IMG/VR virus record: IMGVR_UViG_2767802067_000003
Span: 1 to 64,000 of that record
DNA: 64,000 nt
From: a virus
Taxonomy: Duplodnaviria > Caudoviricetes
Reading direction: 5' to 3' (one strand)
The position numbers and the translations under genes were made by a program. The notes under the pieces are model-generated. The model was given only the letters and a program-made list of their open reading frames with translations, did no database searches and was not told where the DNA came from. Positions 1 to 9,275 of this stretch are shown piece after piece (position 1 is the stretch's first letter; every line of letters starts with the position of its first letter).

Positions 1-348
1 CTACTGGCGGGTAACAGTTCGCGCGCTCGCATCGCCATGGCGGCCGGTCGCGTGGGTCCGGGCTTTCGAACGGAGCAAGCCTTGCAGCCACGCACGTACC
101 GCGACCGCACCGTCCAGCGTCATCCTCTGCGGCTCGGGGCCGCCCAAGCCGATCATCACGGTGGCCCGCAGGACGCGCCCCGACCGCCGGCCGATCTCGA
201 TGTGCCCGATCGGCGAGTCCATGCCGTCCTTGGCATCCACGACCACGCGATAGCTGTTCCCGAAGGCAGGTCGCTCCTCGGGGTTCAGTCCAGCCTCCTC
301 GGCCAGGGCAATGATCCGGCGGGTAACGGGAGTCGCGGGCAACATCAT
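1..348 (-). CDS. Hypothetical protein
   Basis: 115-aa ORF; preceded on the minus strand by one copy of the repeated 27-bp motif (468-494). Confidence 0.5.
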   Translation of the reverse strand: MMLPATPVTRRIIALAEEAGLNPEERPAFGNSYRVVVDAKDGMDSPIGHIEIGRRSGRVLRATVMIGLGGPEPQRMTLDGAVAVRAWLQGLLRSKARTHATGRHGDASARTVTRQ

Positions 349-467
349 CTCTGGTGCTCCTTCAAGAGGCTGGTTCGAGTCGGCAGTGCAGCGCTCGTCA
401 GGGAGGCGAGTAGCCGGCCGCAGGGGTGGACGACGGCGCTGTCATGAATAGGCCGCCCGCAGCCTTT

Positions 468-494
468 ATTGAGATGACCTGAATTTATCAGTCT
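468..494 (-). promoter_or_regulatory. 27-bp repeated motif, copy A (GATAA-N7-TCATC core)
   Basis: Reverse complement agactGATAAATTCAGGTCATCtcaat matches the copies at 828 and 4043. Confidence 0.65.
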
Positions 495-827
495 GCGACG
501 CAAAGGGTCATCCGGTCCACCGTGGCGCCCGAGTAGGCGCGACCCTCGATCGTGCACATCGGCGGCGCCCCACCTCGGCCCGACGGCAGCGACCCTGCTG
601 CGCACGCCCACCTCGGCCGACTCTGGCGCCAAGTCCTGTTTTCTCGCCGAATTTCGGGGGTGGGTGCCAGGCGGTGAACCCGGGGTCGTGCGGGTGGGGG
701 TGTGTGCGCACCCGCGCCTGCGCCGGCCCCCGAGCGCCAAAGGGCCTTCTGGTGGCCCGTTTCCGGCTGTCCGTGGATGGCTCGACGGTAGGGCGGTGCC
801 ACGTGGAGCGGCCACCTGAGCGCTCGA

Positions 828-854
828 CAGTTGATAAATTTGCGTCATCCAAAT
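828..854 (+). promoter_or_regulatory. 27-bp repeated motif, copy B
   Basis: cagttGATAAATTTGCGTCATCcaaat, immediately upstream of the GAGGAG RBS and ATG 873. Confidence 0.65.
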
Positions 855-872
855 TGATGCTGACGAGGAGCC

Positions 873-1682
873 ATGAACCCCACCGCCATCACGCTGCCCG
901 GCCGCCTGCACGCCTACTTGCTCGCCCACCCCGATGCCATCACCGACCCCGGACTGGCGGACCTGATGCGCGGCGCCGAGGTCCGCCCCAGGGGGGTTGG
1001 CACCGCCGCGTACATCGACACCACGCCCGACGTCGCGCTGCGCCTGGCCGACCAGTTGGACTCCCTGGACGCGAGGATCGCCGCCGGCACGTTCCCGCCC
1101 GTGCCGATCGACCGGGGCAGCCTTGGCATCGTCGCGGGCAAGATGCGCAGGGCGGCCGCCAAGGGCACCCCACGCAAGCCGAAGGGCCCTCGCCAATCCG
1201 CCCGGGCGGCGGAGCCCAGTGCCGTCTACCACGAGGCGGTTCGGATGCTCGTACGCGCCGCAGCTGACTACCTGCGGGCCGAGACCGGCCTGCCGCTGCC
1301 CGCCGTCCCGGACGAGAGGGAGTATCTGAGGATCGTGACGCTGGCGGTGGAGACGCCTCACAGCTCGGGGACCATCCGGATCGACCTGTCCGACCTGGTC
1401 CATTGCTGCACCCTCACCTTCGACCGCATCCCGCTCGACCGGGCCGCCCAGGCGTACCGGGCGGCCTGGGGTGATCCGCACGACCACTTCGACGGCGGCG
1501 AGACGCTGGAGGGCTTCCCGCCGGGCGAGAAGTTCGAGTTCGAGGACGCCAACAACGGCGAGCGGCGTACGTACGGGACGGTGCTGGTCGAGGTACTCGA
1601 CGAAGGCCTGGCGCGGCTGGAACTGCCGGACTTCTCTCTCGGCGACGTTGCCCTTGCGCTGGCCTGCCTGACCTCGGACTGA
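873..1682 (+). CDS. Hypothetical phage protein
   Basis: RBS GAGGAG; 269 aa; GC3-rich codon usage. Confidence 0.75.
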   Translation: MNPTAITLPGRLHAYLLAHPDAITDPGLADLMRGAEVRPRGVGTAAYIDTTPDVALRLADQLDSLDARIAAGTFPPVPIDRGSLGIVAGKMRRAAAKGTPRKPKGPRQSARAAEPSAVYHEAVRMLVRAAADYLRAETGLPLPAVPDEREYLRIVTLAVETPHSSGTIRIDLSDLVHCCTLTFDRIPLDRAAQAYRAAWGDPHDHFDGGETLEGFPPGEKFEFEDANNGERRTYGTVLVEVLDEGLARLELPDFSLGDVALALACLTSD

Positions 1683-1709
1683 CCCCCGGCACCCCGAGAG
1701 GATGACCCC

Positions 1710-1850
1710 GTGACCACCGAAGAAGAGAACCCGCCGTGCCCCCAGTGCGGCGAAAGGGACATGGAACGCTGGCACGACCCCCACGGCTCCGGCTGGTCTT
1801 GTCACAACCAGGAATGCCAGTGGTTCGGCGTCGACGGGGAGAGCGAGTGA
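1710..1850 (+). CDS. Small zinc-ribbon protein (46 aa, not in ORF track)
   Basis: GAGAGGA RBS, GTG start, CPQC...CHNQEC; its TGA overlaps the next GTG. Confidence 0.55.
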   Translation: MTTEEENPPCPQCGERDMERWHDPHGSGWSCHNQECQWFGVDGESE

Positions 1851-2374
1851 GCACCGTCCCCGGGCCGCCGTGGAAGCAGGCCCACACCACCGGCCCGTGC
1901 ACCGACCAGTGCCACGACTACCCCCACTGGCCGGACGACCCCCTGTTCCAGGCCGTCCGCGACCAGCACCGACTCACCCTCGATCCCGTCGGCGACCTCT
2001 ACGTCGGCATGTGCACCTGCGGCGGCCTCACCACCCCGCAGTGGGACGCCAACGCGGTTAGCGAGGCGTACGACCAGCACGCCGCCATCGTCCAGCACGA
2101 GCTGCGCCACCCCAAGCCCGCCGACCTGCTGGACGGGCTCGGCACCACCGACATGCGCGCTGCGCTGGACGAAGCCGCCGCCGGTCTGCCCGCCGACCAT
2201 CCCGTGCGGCTGCTCTGGCAGCGCCTCGACCAGGTCCTCACCGACGGCGGAGCCGAGTGCCTGCCCGACCCCTGGGACCACGGGCACGAGAACGTGCCTC
2301 ACTGCGCTGGCCACACCGACCCGGACGAGGCCGCCCTGTGCGACGGCTTCTGCGCCACCCGCTCCGGCCGGTGA
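1847..2374 (+). CDS. Hypothetical protein
   Basis: GTGA coupling to the previous ORF; Cys/His motifs. Confidence 0.6.
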   Translation: MSTVPGPPWKQAHTTGPCTDQCHDYPHWPDDPLFQAVRDQHRLTLDPVGDLYVGMCTCGGLTTPQWDANAVSEAYDQHAAIVQHELRHPKPADLLDGLGTTDMRAALDEAAAGLPADHPVRLLWQRLDQVLTDGGAECLPDPWDHGHENVPHCAGHTDPDEAALCDGFCATRSGR

Positions 2375-2499
2375 CGGCACCCCCACCGTCTCCTCGCCAG
2401 CCCCTGCAGAGGCCCGTCTGCGCCGCCGGGCCGCCGCCCTCCCCAAACACCTCGACCCGGGCCGGGCCCGCTCGTTCCCGGCCAGCGAACGGATCACCC

Positions 2500-3048
2500 A
2501 TGCCCATCCAGTCCGACCTCGCCGCGCTCCTGGCCAATCTCCCCGAGCGCATGCCCGAACTCCCCGTCGATCCGCGCCGCCGACTGCCCATACCGGCCGT
2601 CTCCCAGCACGGCGACTTCCACGACTTCACCGCGATCAACGCCGAGCAGGGCGTACGGCTGGCCCAGCAGCGCCGCTGCTCGATCTGCGGCGGTGACCTC
2701 GGCTACTGGGTGGCGTTCCTCGGCGGAGAGCAGTCGTTCCAGCGCCGCGGCTACGCCGACCCGCCAATGCACCCCGCGTGCGCCGAGGCGTCCCTGACCC
2801 TGTGCCCGCACATCCGGCTGCAGCGGGCCCGGCGGGCGAGTGACAGCCACGTGATGGCTGGCGCGACCACGGGGGAGGGGTGGGTTGAGGCCAAGCCGCA
2901 GCGGTGGGTGCTGGGCATCACCCGCTCGTACGACGTCCGCATGACCGCCGCGCGCGGTGGCGGCCGTGTCCCAGTGTTCCGCCCCGCGCCGTTCAGGTCG
3001 CACCGGGTGTTCGGCTACGGCCAGAACGGGTTGATCACCGAACTCTGA
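2500..3048 (+). CDS. Conserved actinophage-type hypothetical protein
   Basis: CSICG...DPPMHPAC...CPH metal-binding pattern. Confidence 0.7.
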   Translation: MPIQSDLAALLANLPERMPELPVDPRRRLPIPAVSQHGDFHDFTAINAEQGVRLAQQRRCSICGGDLGYWVAFLGGEQSFQRRGYADPPMHPACAEASLTLCPHIRLQRARRASDSHVMAGATTGEGWVEAKPQRWVLGITRSYDVRMTAARGGGRVPVFRPAPFRSHRVFGYGQNGLITEL

Positions 3049-3202
3049 CCGCCCGAGTGGTGGCGCTGTGCCGGTCATCTTCACCATCCAGCAGCAGAGG
3101 CGCGCGCGGGGCGCCACTGTGCAGCGTGCTGGCAGGACCGATCACCTGGCCAGCACGCTGCACAAGGCGGTGACTGCGCGCAGAGGCAGGCCGAGCGGCT
3201 CG

Positions 3203-3898
3203 TCAGCTCTGCTGTGCCGGCTCGAACAGGCCGCGTCCGGAGCGCCGTGCCCGGCCCCGCGTGACGAGTCGCCCAAGGGTCGCGGTCACGTTGGTCATGT
3301 TGTTGCTGGTCTCGTCCAAGCCGATGGCGTGAAGCACTTCCTTCGCCCGGAGCGGCGTACCGGCCTTGGTCAGGGCGTCGTGAACGGCATCCGCGATGCC
3401 GTTCGACCGCTTGCCGCGCGTCTCCTTGGCAGGTACCGCCTTGGGGGCGGCCTTCGCGGCGGTGGCCTTCTTCGTCGCCGTCTTGCGCGGCGCCGGAGCA
3501 GCGGCCGCCTTCTCGGCGGTCTGCGCCTCCTCGGCGGCCTTGCGGCCTCTGCGGGGCCCCGTTCCAGCGGGCTTCGCCGCGGTGGTCCGTGCTGCTCCCC
3601 GACGGGTTGTCTTCTTCGCCGTCGGCGCCTCACCGACCGGGAGCGGCTTGTCCTCCTCGGCGGCGGGGACCGGCTCGGTGTCCGCCCCGCTGTCCGTCTC
3701 CAGGACTGCCGGGGTGAGCGCCTTCAGGCTGCTGAGGGCGGTGCGGACCGATTCGAGGTCTGCGGTGACCGACGCCAACTTGCTCTCCAGGGAGGCCTGT
3801 TCCGCCTCAAGGTCCGGGAGCTGTGCCTCCAGCAAGGCGATGGTGGACGTGACGGAGGTGTTCGTACCGAAGGTGGTTGCCAAGGCTGGTGCCCTCAT
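3203..3898 (-). CDS. Coiled-coil / Ala-Lys-Pro-rich linker / C-terminal winged-HTH DNA-binding protein
   Basis: Heptad N-terminus, histone-H1-like AKP linker, TPLRAKEVLHAIG...VTATLGRLVTRGR...GLF wing. Start may be the TTG near 3880. Confidence 0.65.
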   Translation of the reverse strand: MRAPALATTFGTNTSVTSTIALLEAQLPDLEAEQASLESKLASVTADLESVRTALSSLKALTPAVLETDSGADTEPVPAAEEDKPLPVGEAPTAKKTTRRGAARTTAAKPAGTGPRRGRKAAEEAQTAEKAAAAPAPRKTATKKATAAKAAPKAVPAKETRGKRSNGIADAVHDALTKAGTPLRAKEVLHAIGLDETSNNMTNVTATLGRLVTRGRARRSGRGLFEPAQQS

Positions 3899-4042
3899 TC
3901 ACTCGTGCCGACGCGACCGCTTTCCGCATGGTCGCTGCAACGACTGTACGGCCCAGGTCCTGCTCGCCGCCGGGGATATCCGCAGCTAGGGGACCGCTCC
4001 TGACGGTTCATCGGTGTGTGGCTCGGGGGCTCAACCCTGCCC

Positions 4043-4069
4043 AAGTTGATAAACTCAGGTCATCCAAAT
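4043..4069 (+). promoter_or_regulatory. 27-bp repeated motif, copy C
   Basis: aagttGATAAACTCAGGTCATCcaaat in the divergent intergenic region. Confidence 0.65.
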
Positions 4070-4121
4070 GAGCGATTCGACTTCACGGTCGGGGCCGCCT
4101 GCGCGACAAGGAGTACCCCCC

Positions 4122-4709
4122 ATGAGCACCCTCCTGCTGCCATACCGGCTCGGAGACCCGGAGATGGATGAGTGCCGCTATCCGGTCATCGTGTCCCCCG
4201 ACACGAGCACCGACCTGGTCCTCGGGCACGTCTTCCGCTTCCACCGCCCCTGGTACGCCGTCCCCAACGGGAAGGACGAACACTGCGTCGGCCGCCCGGA
4301 CAAGGGCCAGCCGGGCCACAAGAAGGCCGCCGACTACCTGATCAGGGAGTACGCCGACGGGAACATCACCCCCATACCCCTGGCCGAACTCGTACCGCGG
4401 GTCTTCGAACCGCTCGATGAGGTGCCTCTTCTCCACCCCCGGCTGCCGGTCAGCGACCGCAACATCGGCAGCGCCAAGCAGGCGTTCGCCACCATCGAGG
4501 CCCAGTTCTGGCGCGCCCGCAGCGGCTTTCCCGGCTCCGACAACCACTGGTGGCTGGAGTGCATACTCCCCGGGTGCCCCGGCTGGTCCGGGCCGCGCTA
4601 CCTGTCGCACATCCGCGGCCGCAACGGCGAGCCGCCCAGCCCTTACCGCCACCCGGGCTGTCTGCCCGCGGACCAGGTGCGCAAGCTGATCGCCGCCTAC
4701 CAGCAGTAG
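4122..4709 (+). CDS. Hypothetical protein
   Basis: AAGGAG RBS, ATG 4122. Confidence 0.7.
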   Translation: MSTLLLPYRLGDPEMDECRYPVIVSPDTSTDLVLGHVFRFHRPWYAVPNGKDEHCVGRPDKGQPGHKKAADYLIREYADGNITPIPLAELVPRVFEPLDEVPLLHPRLPVSDRNIGSAKQAFATIEAQFWRARSGFPGSDNHWWLECILPGCPGWSGPRYLSHIRGRNGEPPSPYRHPGCLPADQVRKLIAAYQQ

Positions 4710-4784
4710 CCCGCGCCGTTCACGCCGGGCCCGGACCGCCGGGCCCGGCCCCCTCGACCGCCTTCGGGAAGGACCCAGCCCCCG

Positions 4785-5297
4785 ATGTCACCGATCATCC
4801 GCCCCACCGTCCGGCACCCGCTGCCCGAGCAGACACGCGTCACCCACACCGCGCAGCTCTGGGCCCACCGGGTGCCGGGCGGAACCGGTGTCATCACCCG
4901 GGCGCAGCCCGGCGCCGCCGACACCACCGAGTACCGCGTGCTGCAGCCCATGGACTTCTCCCGCCGCCCCGGCCTGGACAACCCCTTCGGGCGGACCAGC
5001 CAGTGGAACTCCCAGCGCACCGTGCCGGTCTACCCGCAGCCGCCCCATGCCGAGCTCCTCGACCAGCTCGATGCCACCTACGACACGCTGACCGTCACCG
5101 GCCTCGCCCCCGAGCACCGGGTAGCGATGTGCGCGTACCTCACCGCCCGCCACCCCGACGCCCAGGCCGGGATCTGGTCCAAGCTCGACGCCGACGAGCA
5201 CTACGACCGCTGGTACTGCCACGAGCCCGCGTTCCTCGTCGCCGGATACCAGGCCGCCCGCGCTCGCCAGCACCGCGAGGACGGCGCCCTCTCGTGA
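4785..5297 (+). CDS. Hypothetical protein
   Basis: GGAAGGA RBS; coupled to the next gene. Confidence 0.65.
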   Translation: MSPIIRPTVRHPLPEQTRVTHTAQLWAHRVPGGTGVITRAQPGAADTTEYRVLQPMDFSRRPGLDNPFGRTSQWNSQRTVPVYPQPPHAELLDQLDATYDTLTVTGLAPEHRVAMCAYLTARHPDAQAGIWSKLDADEHYDRWYCHEPAFLVAGYQAARARQHREDGALS

Positions 5298-5752
5298 CCG
5301 ACACCAGCCCGCCCCCGATGAGCGCAGCCGACCACGATGCCGTCGCCGCCGAACGCCGCTCCCAGGCCGCCGCGTTCAACGCACTCGCCGACCAGGTCTG
5401 CGTCGATCCCGAGCTGCGGCAGACGCTCGCCGCCGTCGGTGCCCAGCACCTCGCCTCCGGCCCGGTCACCGCCGCCACCCTGCGCGGGGCGGCCCGGGCC
5501 GCGACCGACAACGCCCTGGTGCACGAGGCGACCGCCGAATGCCGACGCCGTTCCGCGGACCGCTCCCCGTGCAGATGCGGGCACCGGGACAACCAGCACG
5601 CCTTCCACCTCACGGACGCCAGCACCATCCCGTGCCGGTCCTGTGCCTGCCAGGACTACCGCCCGCTCACACGGCCCGCCCCTACACTCGGCGCGGTCCC
5701 CGACGAAGCGCTCGTCGCCCTCCCACCGGAGTACACCCACCATGACGTCTGA
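5294..5752 (+). CDS. Hypothetical protein with CxCGH...PCxxCxC metal-binding motif
   Basis: GTGA coupling; motif seen in the translation. Confidence 0.6.
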   Translation: MTDTSPPPMSAADHDAVAAERRSQAAAFNALADQVCVDPELRQTLAAVGAQHLASGPVTAATLRGAARAATDNALVHEATAECRRRSADRSPCRCGHRDNQHAFHLTDASTIPCRSCACQDYRPLTRPAPTLGAVPDEALVALPPEYTHHDV

Positions 5753-6179
5753 GATCCGGCCGCCTGCGCCGAAGGCCTGCGACACCTGCCCGTACCGGCC
5801 CGACGTCCCGTCCGGGGTCTGGGCGGAATCGGAGTACGACAAACTGGAGCGGTACGACCGGCCCAGGGCTGAGCAGCCTACGAAAGTCTGGCAGTGCCAC
5901 CAGGCCGACAGGGACAGCGATCAACGCCGCATGTGCGCCGGCTGGATCGGCTGCCACGGCGGGGCTGAGCTTCTCGCGCTGCAGATCGCGCTCATCGAAG
6001 GCCTGATCGACAGCGCGACCTTCGCCGAAGCGGTCGACTACACGTCCCGGGTACCGCTGTTCGCCTCCGGGGCCGAAGCTGCTGCCCACGGCCGGGCCGA
6101 CATCGACGACCCCGGCGAGGACGCCCGGCGCGCGATCGCCAAGATCGCCAAGACGCGGGGTGACGTCAGCTTTGGATGA
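5742..6179 (+). CDS. DUF6283-like protein
   Basis: CxxCPYRxDVPSGVWxxxEYxKLxxYD...CHQ...CAGW signature, recalled for this family. Confidence 0.7.
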   Translation: MTSEIRPPAPKACDTCPYRPDVPSGVWAESEYDKLERYDRPRAEQPTKVWQCHQADRDSDQRRMCAGWIGCHGGAELLALQIALIEGLIDSATFAEAVDYTSRVPLFASGAEAAAHGRADIDDPGEDARRAIAKIAKTRGDVSFG

Positions 6180-6639
6180 GGGCCGAGGGCGCGCTGACGC
6201 GCCGCAGCGGACCGGATCGGCAATCAAGGCCGGCGACCTGGTCATGCAGAACTACCCCGAGCAGGAACTCCATGCCACCGTCCGCCGCGTCTACAGCCGC
6301 GGCGGACGGTGGGTGGCCGACCTGACCTGGCACTACCCGATGGCCGACCTCGACGTGGAGGGGTACGACCTGTTCCCTCTGGTCGCGGTGACCCGCGGAC
6401 AGCTCGACGCGGTGACGAAGCCGATCCGGGTGGCCGAGGGGGAGCACCGGGGCTGGATCAAGGAGGCCGTCGTGACCCGCTGGGCGGGGCACTTCCGGGT
6501 CACCTGCTCCTGCAAGGACGGACTCGAGGTCTGCCGGACGGGCCGTCAGGCTGGCTGGAGCCGCACCCTGGACGGCGCCCGGGCGCTCTGGTCCTGGCAC
6601 GCCGCGGGGGAAGTCGGCGCGGCCCCTCTGGGTGCGTAG
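6160..6639 (+). CDS. Hypothetical protein (start uncertain)
   Basis: ORF fills the gap before the terminator. Confidence 0.55.
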   Translation: MTSALDEGRGRADAPQRTGSAIKAGDLVMQNYPEQELHATVRRVYSRGGRWVADLTWHYPMADLDVEGYDLFPLVAVTRGQLDAVTKPIRVAEGEHRGWIKEAVVTRWAGHFRVTCSCKDGLEVCRTGRQAGWSRTLDGARALWSWHAAGEVGAAPLGA

Positions 6640-6660
6640 AGGCCGTCTGCAGGGATTCGA

Positions 6661-6686
6661 GGCTCCTTCAAGGAGTCAGTTTTTTT
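6661..6686 (+). terminator. Intrinsic terminator
   Basis: GGCTCC-ttcaa-GGAGTC stem followed by a T7 run. Confidence 0.6.
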
Positions 6687-6687
6687 C

Positions 6688-6716
6688 TTGACGTGTTAGT
6701 GCCTAGGCACTAACTT
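6688..6716 (+). promoter_or_regulatory. Sigma70/HrdB-type promoter with 20-bp palindromic operator
   Basis: TTGACG-17bp-TAACTT; perfect palindrome GTTAGTGCCTAGGCACTAAC at 6695-6714. Confidence 0.8.
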
Positions 6717-6798
6717 TGTCCATGTCGGACCGTGCAAGAAGACACGCAGCTCACCGACGCCGACCGTGTCCCGCCCTGACTGAAGGAGAAGGCCCCCG

Positions 6799-7029
6799 AT
6801 GTCCGACATCCGATATCCCGACTGCACCGTCACGCTGTCCGGCACCGACGGCAACGTGTACTCGATCCTCGGCGCCGTCCGGGCCCAGCTGCGCCGCCAC
6901 CTGAGCGCCAACGGCGTCGGCGGCCCCGAGCGGGCGCAGATCATCGCTGAGTTCACCAACGCCGTCACCAGCAGCGGCAGCTACCAGGAAGCCCTCAACG
7001 TCGTGCACGACTGGGTCGCCGTCGAGTAG
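6799..7029 (+). CDS. Small conserved phage protein
   Basis: GxDGNxYSILGAV...AEF...SGSY motif; GAAGGAG RBS. Confidence 0.75.
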   Translation: MSDIRYPDCTVTLSGTDGNVYSILGAVRAQLRRHLSANGVGGPERAQIIAEFTNAVTSSGSYQEALNVVHDWVAVE

Positions 7030-7042
7030 CCACCCGGGCGCC

Positions 7043-7645
7043 TTGCGGGCGACAACTCGCCCCCGGCGCCGGCTTCGCCGAACCGTCCCCTTCCGCGAGC
7101 ACGACTCGCCGCTGGAGTGGGAGGACGAGCTGCTGCTGCCGATCGGCCAGCAGCTGCCGACCGCCCCGCCGGCGGGCTCGCGACTGGCCTGGGCGCGGGG
7201 CGCGATCGAGGCGCTCGCTGTCCTGCGGCTGATGGTGGACAAGGTGGCCGACCTGGACGGGCAGCCGCTGGTCGGCCGGGAGATCGAGGTCCCCCGACGC
7301 GAGCGGACCGAGAAGCAGGGCACCGGCAAGGGCAAGAGCAAGGCGAAGCGCGTCCGCACGGTGGACCGGGTGACCGTTGTCGACCTGGAGGAGCCCAAGA
7401 CGCCGCTGGTCCCGTCGCAGCGCGAGCCGGAGGGCGAGCACTCAGGCCGGACGTGGACGCCGCAGTACGGGCGCGAGGTGGAAGAGCGCACCCGCCAGAA
7501 CCACTGCCGAACCCCGCGTCAGCACCGGGCGCTCGTGGAGGAGCTGGGGGAGTGCCCGAACCACGGGCCCGTCACCGTGCGGGCGCACCGCTGGGGCAAG
7601 AACCTGCCGCTGCGGCCGGTGAACACGGTAGGTAGGACCAGCTGA
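7043..7645 (+). CDS. Hypothetical protein (start uncertain)
   Basis: Coding-like ORF; C-terminal C/H motif. Confidence 0.55.
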   Translation: MRATTRPRRRLRRTVPFREHDSPLEWEDELLLPIGQQLPTAPPAGSRLAWARGAIEALAVLRLMVDKVADLDGQPLVGREIEVPRRERTEKQGTGKGKSKAKRVRTVDRVTVVDLEEPKTPLVPSQREPEGEHSGRTWTPQYGREVEERTRQNHCRTPRQHRALVEELGECPNHGPVTVRAHRWGKNLPLRPVNTVGRTS

Positions 7646-7695
7646 GACCCGGCAACGGGCCCCGAGGCCTTCCGAAAGAATCTTCGGAAAGGGGG

Positions 7696-7737
7696 TTGAC
7701 ATCCAGTCAGACCGAATCCAGTATTTGGTCTACTGGA
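7696..7737 (+). promoter_or_regulatory. Sigma70-type promoter with operator-like inverted repeat
   Basis: TTGACA-17bp-CAGTAT; TCCAGTA-N7-TACTGGA overlaps the -10 and the start site. Confidence 0.75.
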
Positions 7738-7747
7738 ACTTCTGCAC

Positions 7748-7793
7748 CACGAAGGGCCGCCCCGTGAAACCGCCGGGGCGGCCCTTCGTGTTT
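7748..7793 (+). terminator. Strong hairpin terminator/attenuator
   Basis: 16-bp perfect stem CACGAAGGGCCGCCCC / GGGGCGGCCCTTCGTG followed by TTT. Confidence 0.7.
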
Positions 7794-7818
7794 CCACCAC
7801 CCGCGAAGGGAGGCCCCT

Positions 7819-8028
7819 TTGCCCACTGCCACCGCCGCCCCCGTGCTGCTCACCGGCGCCGACATCGCCCACCTCGTGAAGCGCCCCATCGGAACCGTCC
7901 GCCGCTGGGCATCCGAGGGCCGCATCACCAGCTACGACGGCCTCTACGACTGGCGCGAGCTGCAGCCCGTCGCCCGCGGCGAGATCGCCGCACCCCCGCT
8001 CAAGACCACCGACCTGGCCGCGGCGTGA
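7819..8028 (+). CDS. MerR/excisionase-like HTH protein
   Basis: LTGADIAHLVKRPIGTVRRWASEGRI pattern; GGAGG RBS, TTG start. Confidence 0.7.
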   Translation: MPTATAAPVLLTGADIAHLVKRPIGTVRRWASEGRITSYDGLYDWRELQPVARGEIAAPPLKTTDLAAA

Positions 8029-8423
8029 CGGGCATCGCCGCGTACGACCTCGCCGTGCCCGCCAAGTCGCTGCTCACCGCCCCCCGGACCTGCCCGTGCG
8101 GCGCTGAGCTGCCCTCACTCGCCGCCAGCGCGACGCCGTTCCGCCGCCGATCGCCGGATCCGCACGCCGACTGCCACGCCCAGGCCCAGGCCCGGCTCGC
8201 CGAGAAGGTCGCCGCCGACACCGACCAGGCGGCCACCCAGTGGCAGCAGCTCCGGCAGCACCACCAGGACAATCCCGCAGCTGTCGCCGTGCTCGACCTC
8301 CACCGCCCCGAGGCCGGCCGCCACCAGCCCGCCTGCTCCCACTGCGAGCAGTACGACGGCCTCGAAGGCGCCGAGCCCGCGCCCTGGCCCTGCCCGACCT
8401 ACCAGGCCGTCCAGCGCACCTGA
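8025..8423 (+). CDS. Hypothetical zinc-binding protein
   Basis: LDLHRP...CxxC...WPCPTY motif; GTGA coupling. Confidence 0.6.
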   Translation: MTGIAAYDLAVPAKSLLTAPRTCPCGAELPSLAASATPFRRRSPDPHADCHAQAQARLAEKVAADTDQAATQWQQLRQHHQDNPAAVAVLDLHRPEAGRHQPACSHCEQYDGLEGAEPAPWPCPTYQAVQRT

Positions 8424-8447
8424 CACATCCCGGAAGGAGGCGCCCCG

Positions 8448-8747
8448 GTGCACCCTTCCCCGTCGACCGGCCGCATCGTTCACTACCGCCTGTCCGCCGA
8501 GGACCTGACCCGCGTCCACGAGTACGCGAACAGGCCCACCCACAACCCGCCCGTGGAGTTCGCCGAGCACCGCGTCGGCGACGTCCTGCCCGCGATCGTC
8601 GTCCGGGCCGAAGGCAACACCGTCAACCTCCACGTGTTCCTCGACGGCCCTGGCACCCTCTGGCTCCCCAACCGCGAGCACGGCCACGAACCCGGCCACT
8701 GGCACTGGCCGCCCATCGCCCCCGCGACCGCCGCCGCCCGGCACTGA
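8448..8747 (+). CDS. Conserved phage hypothetical protein
   Basis: PSxGRIVHY...PAIVV...VNLxVFLDG...WHWP motif; GGAAGGAGG RBS. Confidence 0.75.
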   Translation: MHPSPSTGRIVHYRLSAEDLTRVHEYANRPTHNPPVEFAEHRVGDVLPAIVVRAEGNTVNLHVFLDGPGTLWLPNREHGHEPGHWHWPPIAPATAAARH

Positions 8748-8756
8748 AGGAGGAGC

Positions 8757-9275
8757 GTGATTCAGCAGCAGCCCCGCACGGGCGACATCGGCCTAACCTC
8801 CATCCTCGGCCCGGTCGGCAGCCTCATCCGAGCCGGCCAGTGGCTCACCGGCTCCGGCTTCTCCCGCTTCGAGCACGCCTTCGTCGTCGTCGGCCCGAAC
8901 CAGGACGGCGAAACCGAGCTGATCGAAGCGCAGCCCGGCGGCGCCGTCCTGCGACCGCTCAGCGAGTACGCGGACCGCGACGTCGTGTACGTCTCCCCGC
9001 CGCTGACGGACGACCAGCGCGAGAAGGTCGCCGCAGCCGCCCGCAGCCTGCGCTACACCCCGTACAGCGCCCTCGACTACGCCGCCCTCGCCGCGCACCG
9101 CTTCCACCTCCCGGCGCCCGGCCTACGCCGGTACATCGCCGACAGCGGCCACATGATCTGCAGCCAGCTCGCGGACGAGGCCTACCGGCGCGCCGGCATC
9201 GAGCTGTTCAAGGACGGCCGCTGGCCCGGCTACGTCACCCCCGGCGACCTGTGGAACCTGCTGCGCCATGGCTGA
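8757..9275 (+). CDS. Permuted papain-like amidase (YiiX/YebB, NlpC/P60-type)
   Basis: N-terminal GD and H (FEHAFVV, IEA), C-terminal MICSQL and VTPGDL motifs. Confidence 0.75.
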   Translation: MIQQQPRTGDIGLTSILGPVGSLIRAGQWLTGSGFSRFEHAFVVVGPNQDGETELIEAQPGGAVLRPLSEYADRDVVYVSPPLTDDQREKVAAAARSLRYTPYSALDYAALAAHRFHLPAPGLRRYIADSGHMICSQLADEAYRRAGIELFKDGRWPGYVTPGDLWNLLRHG

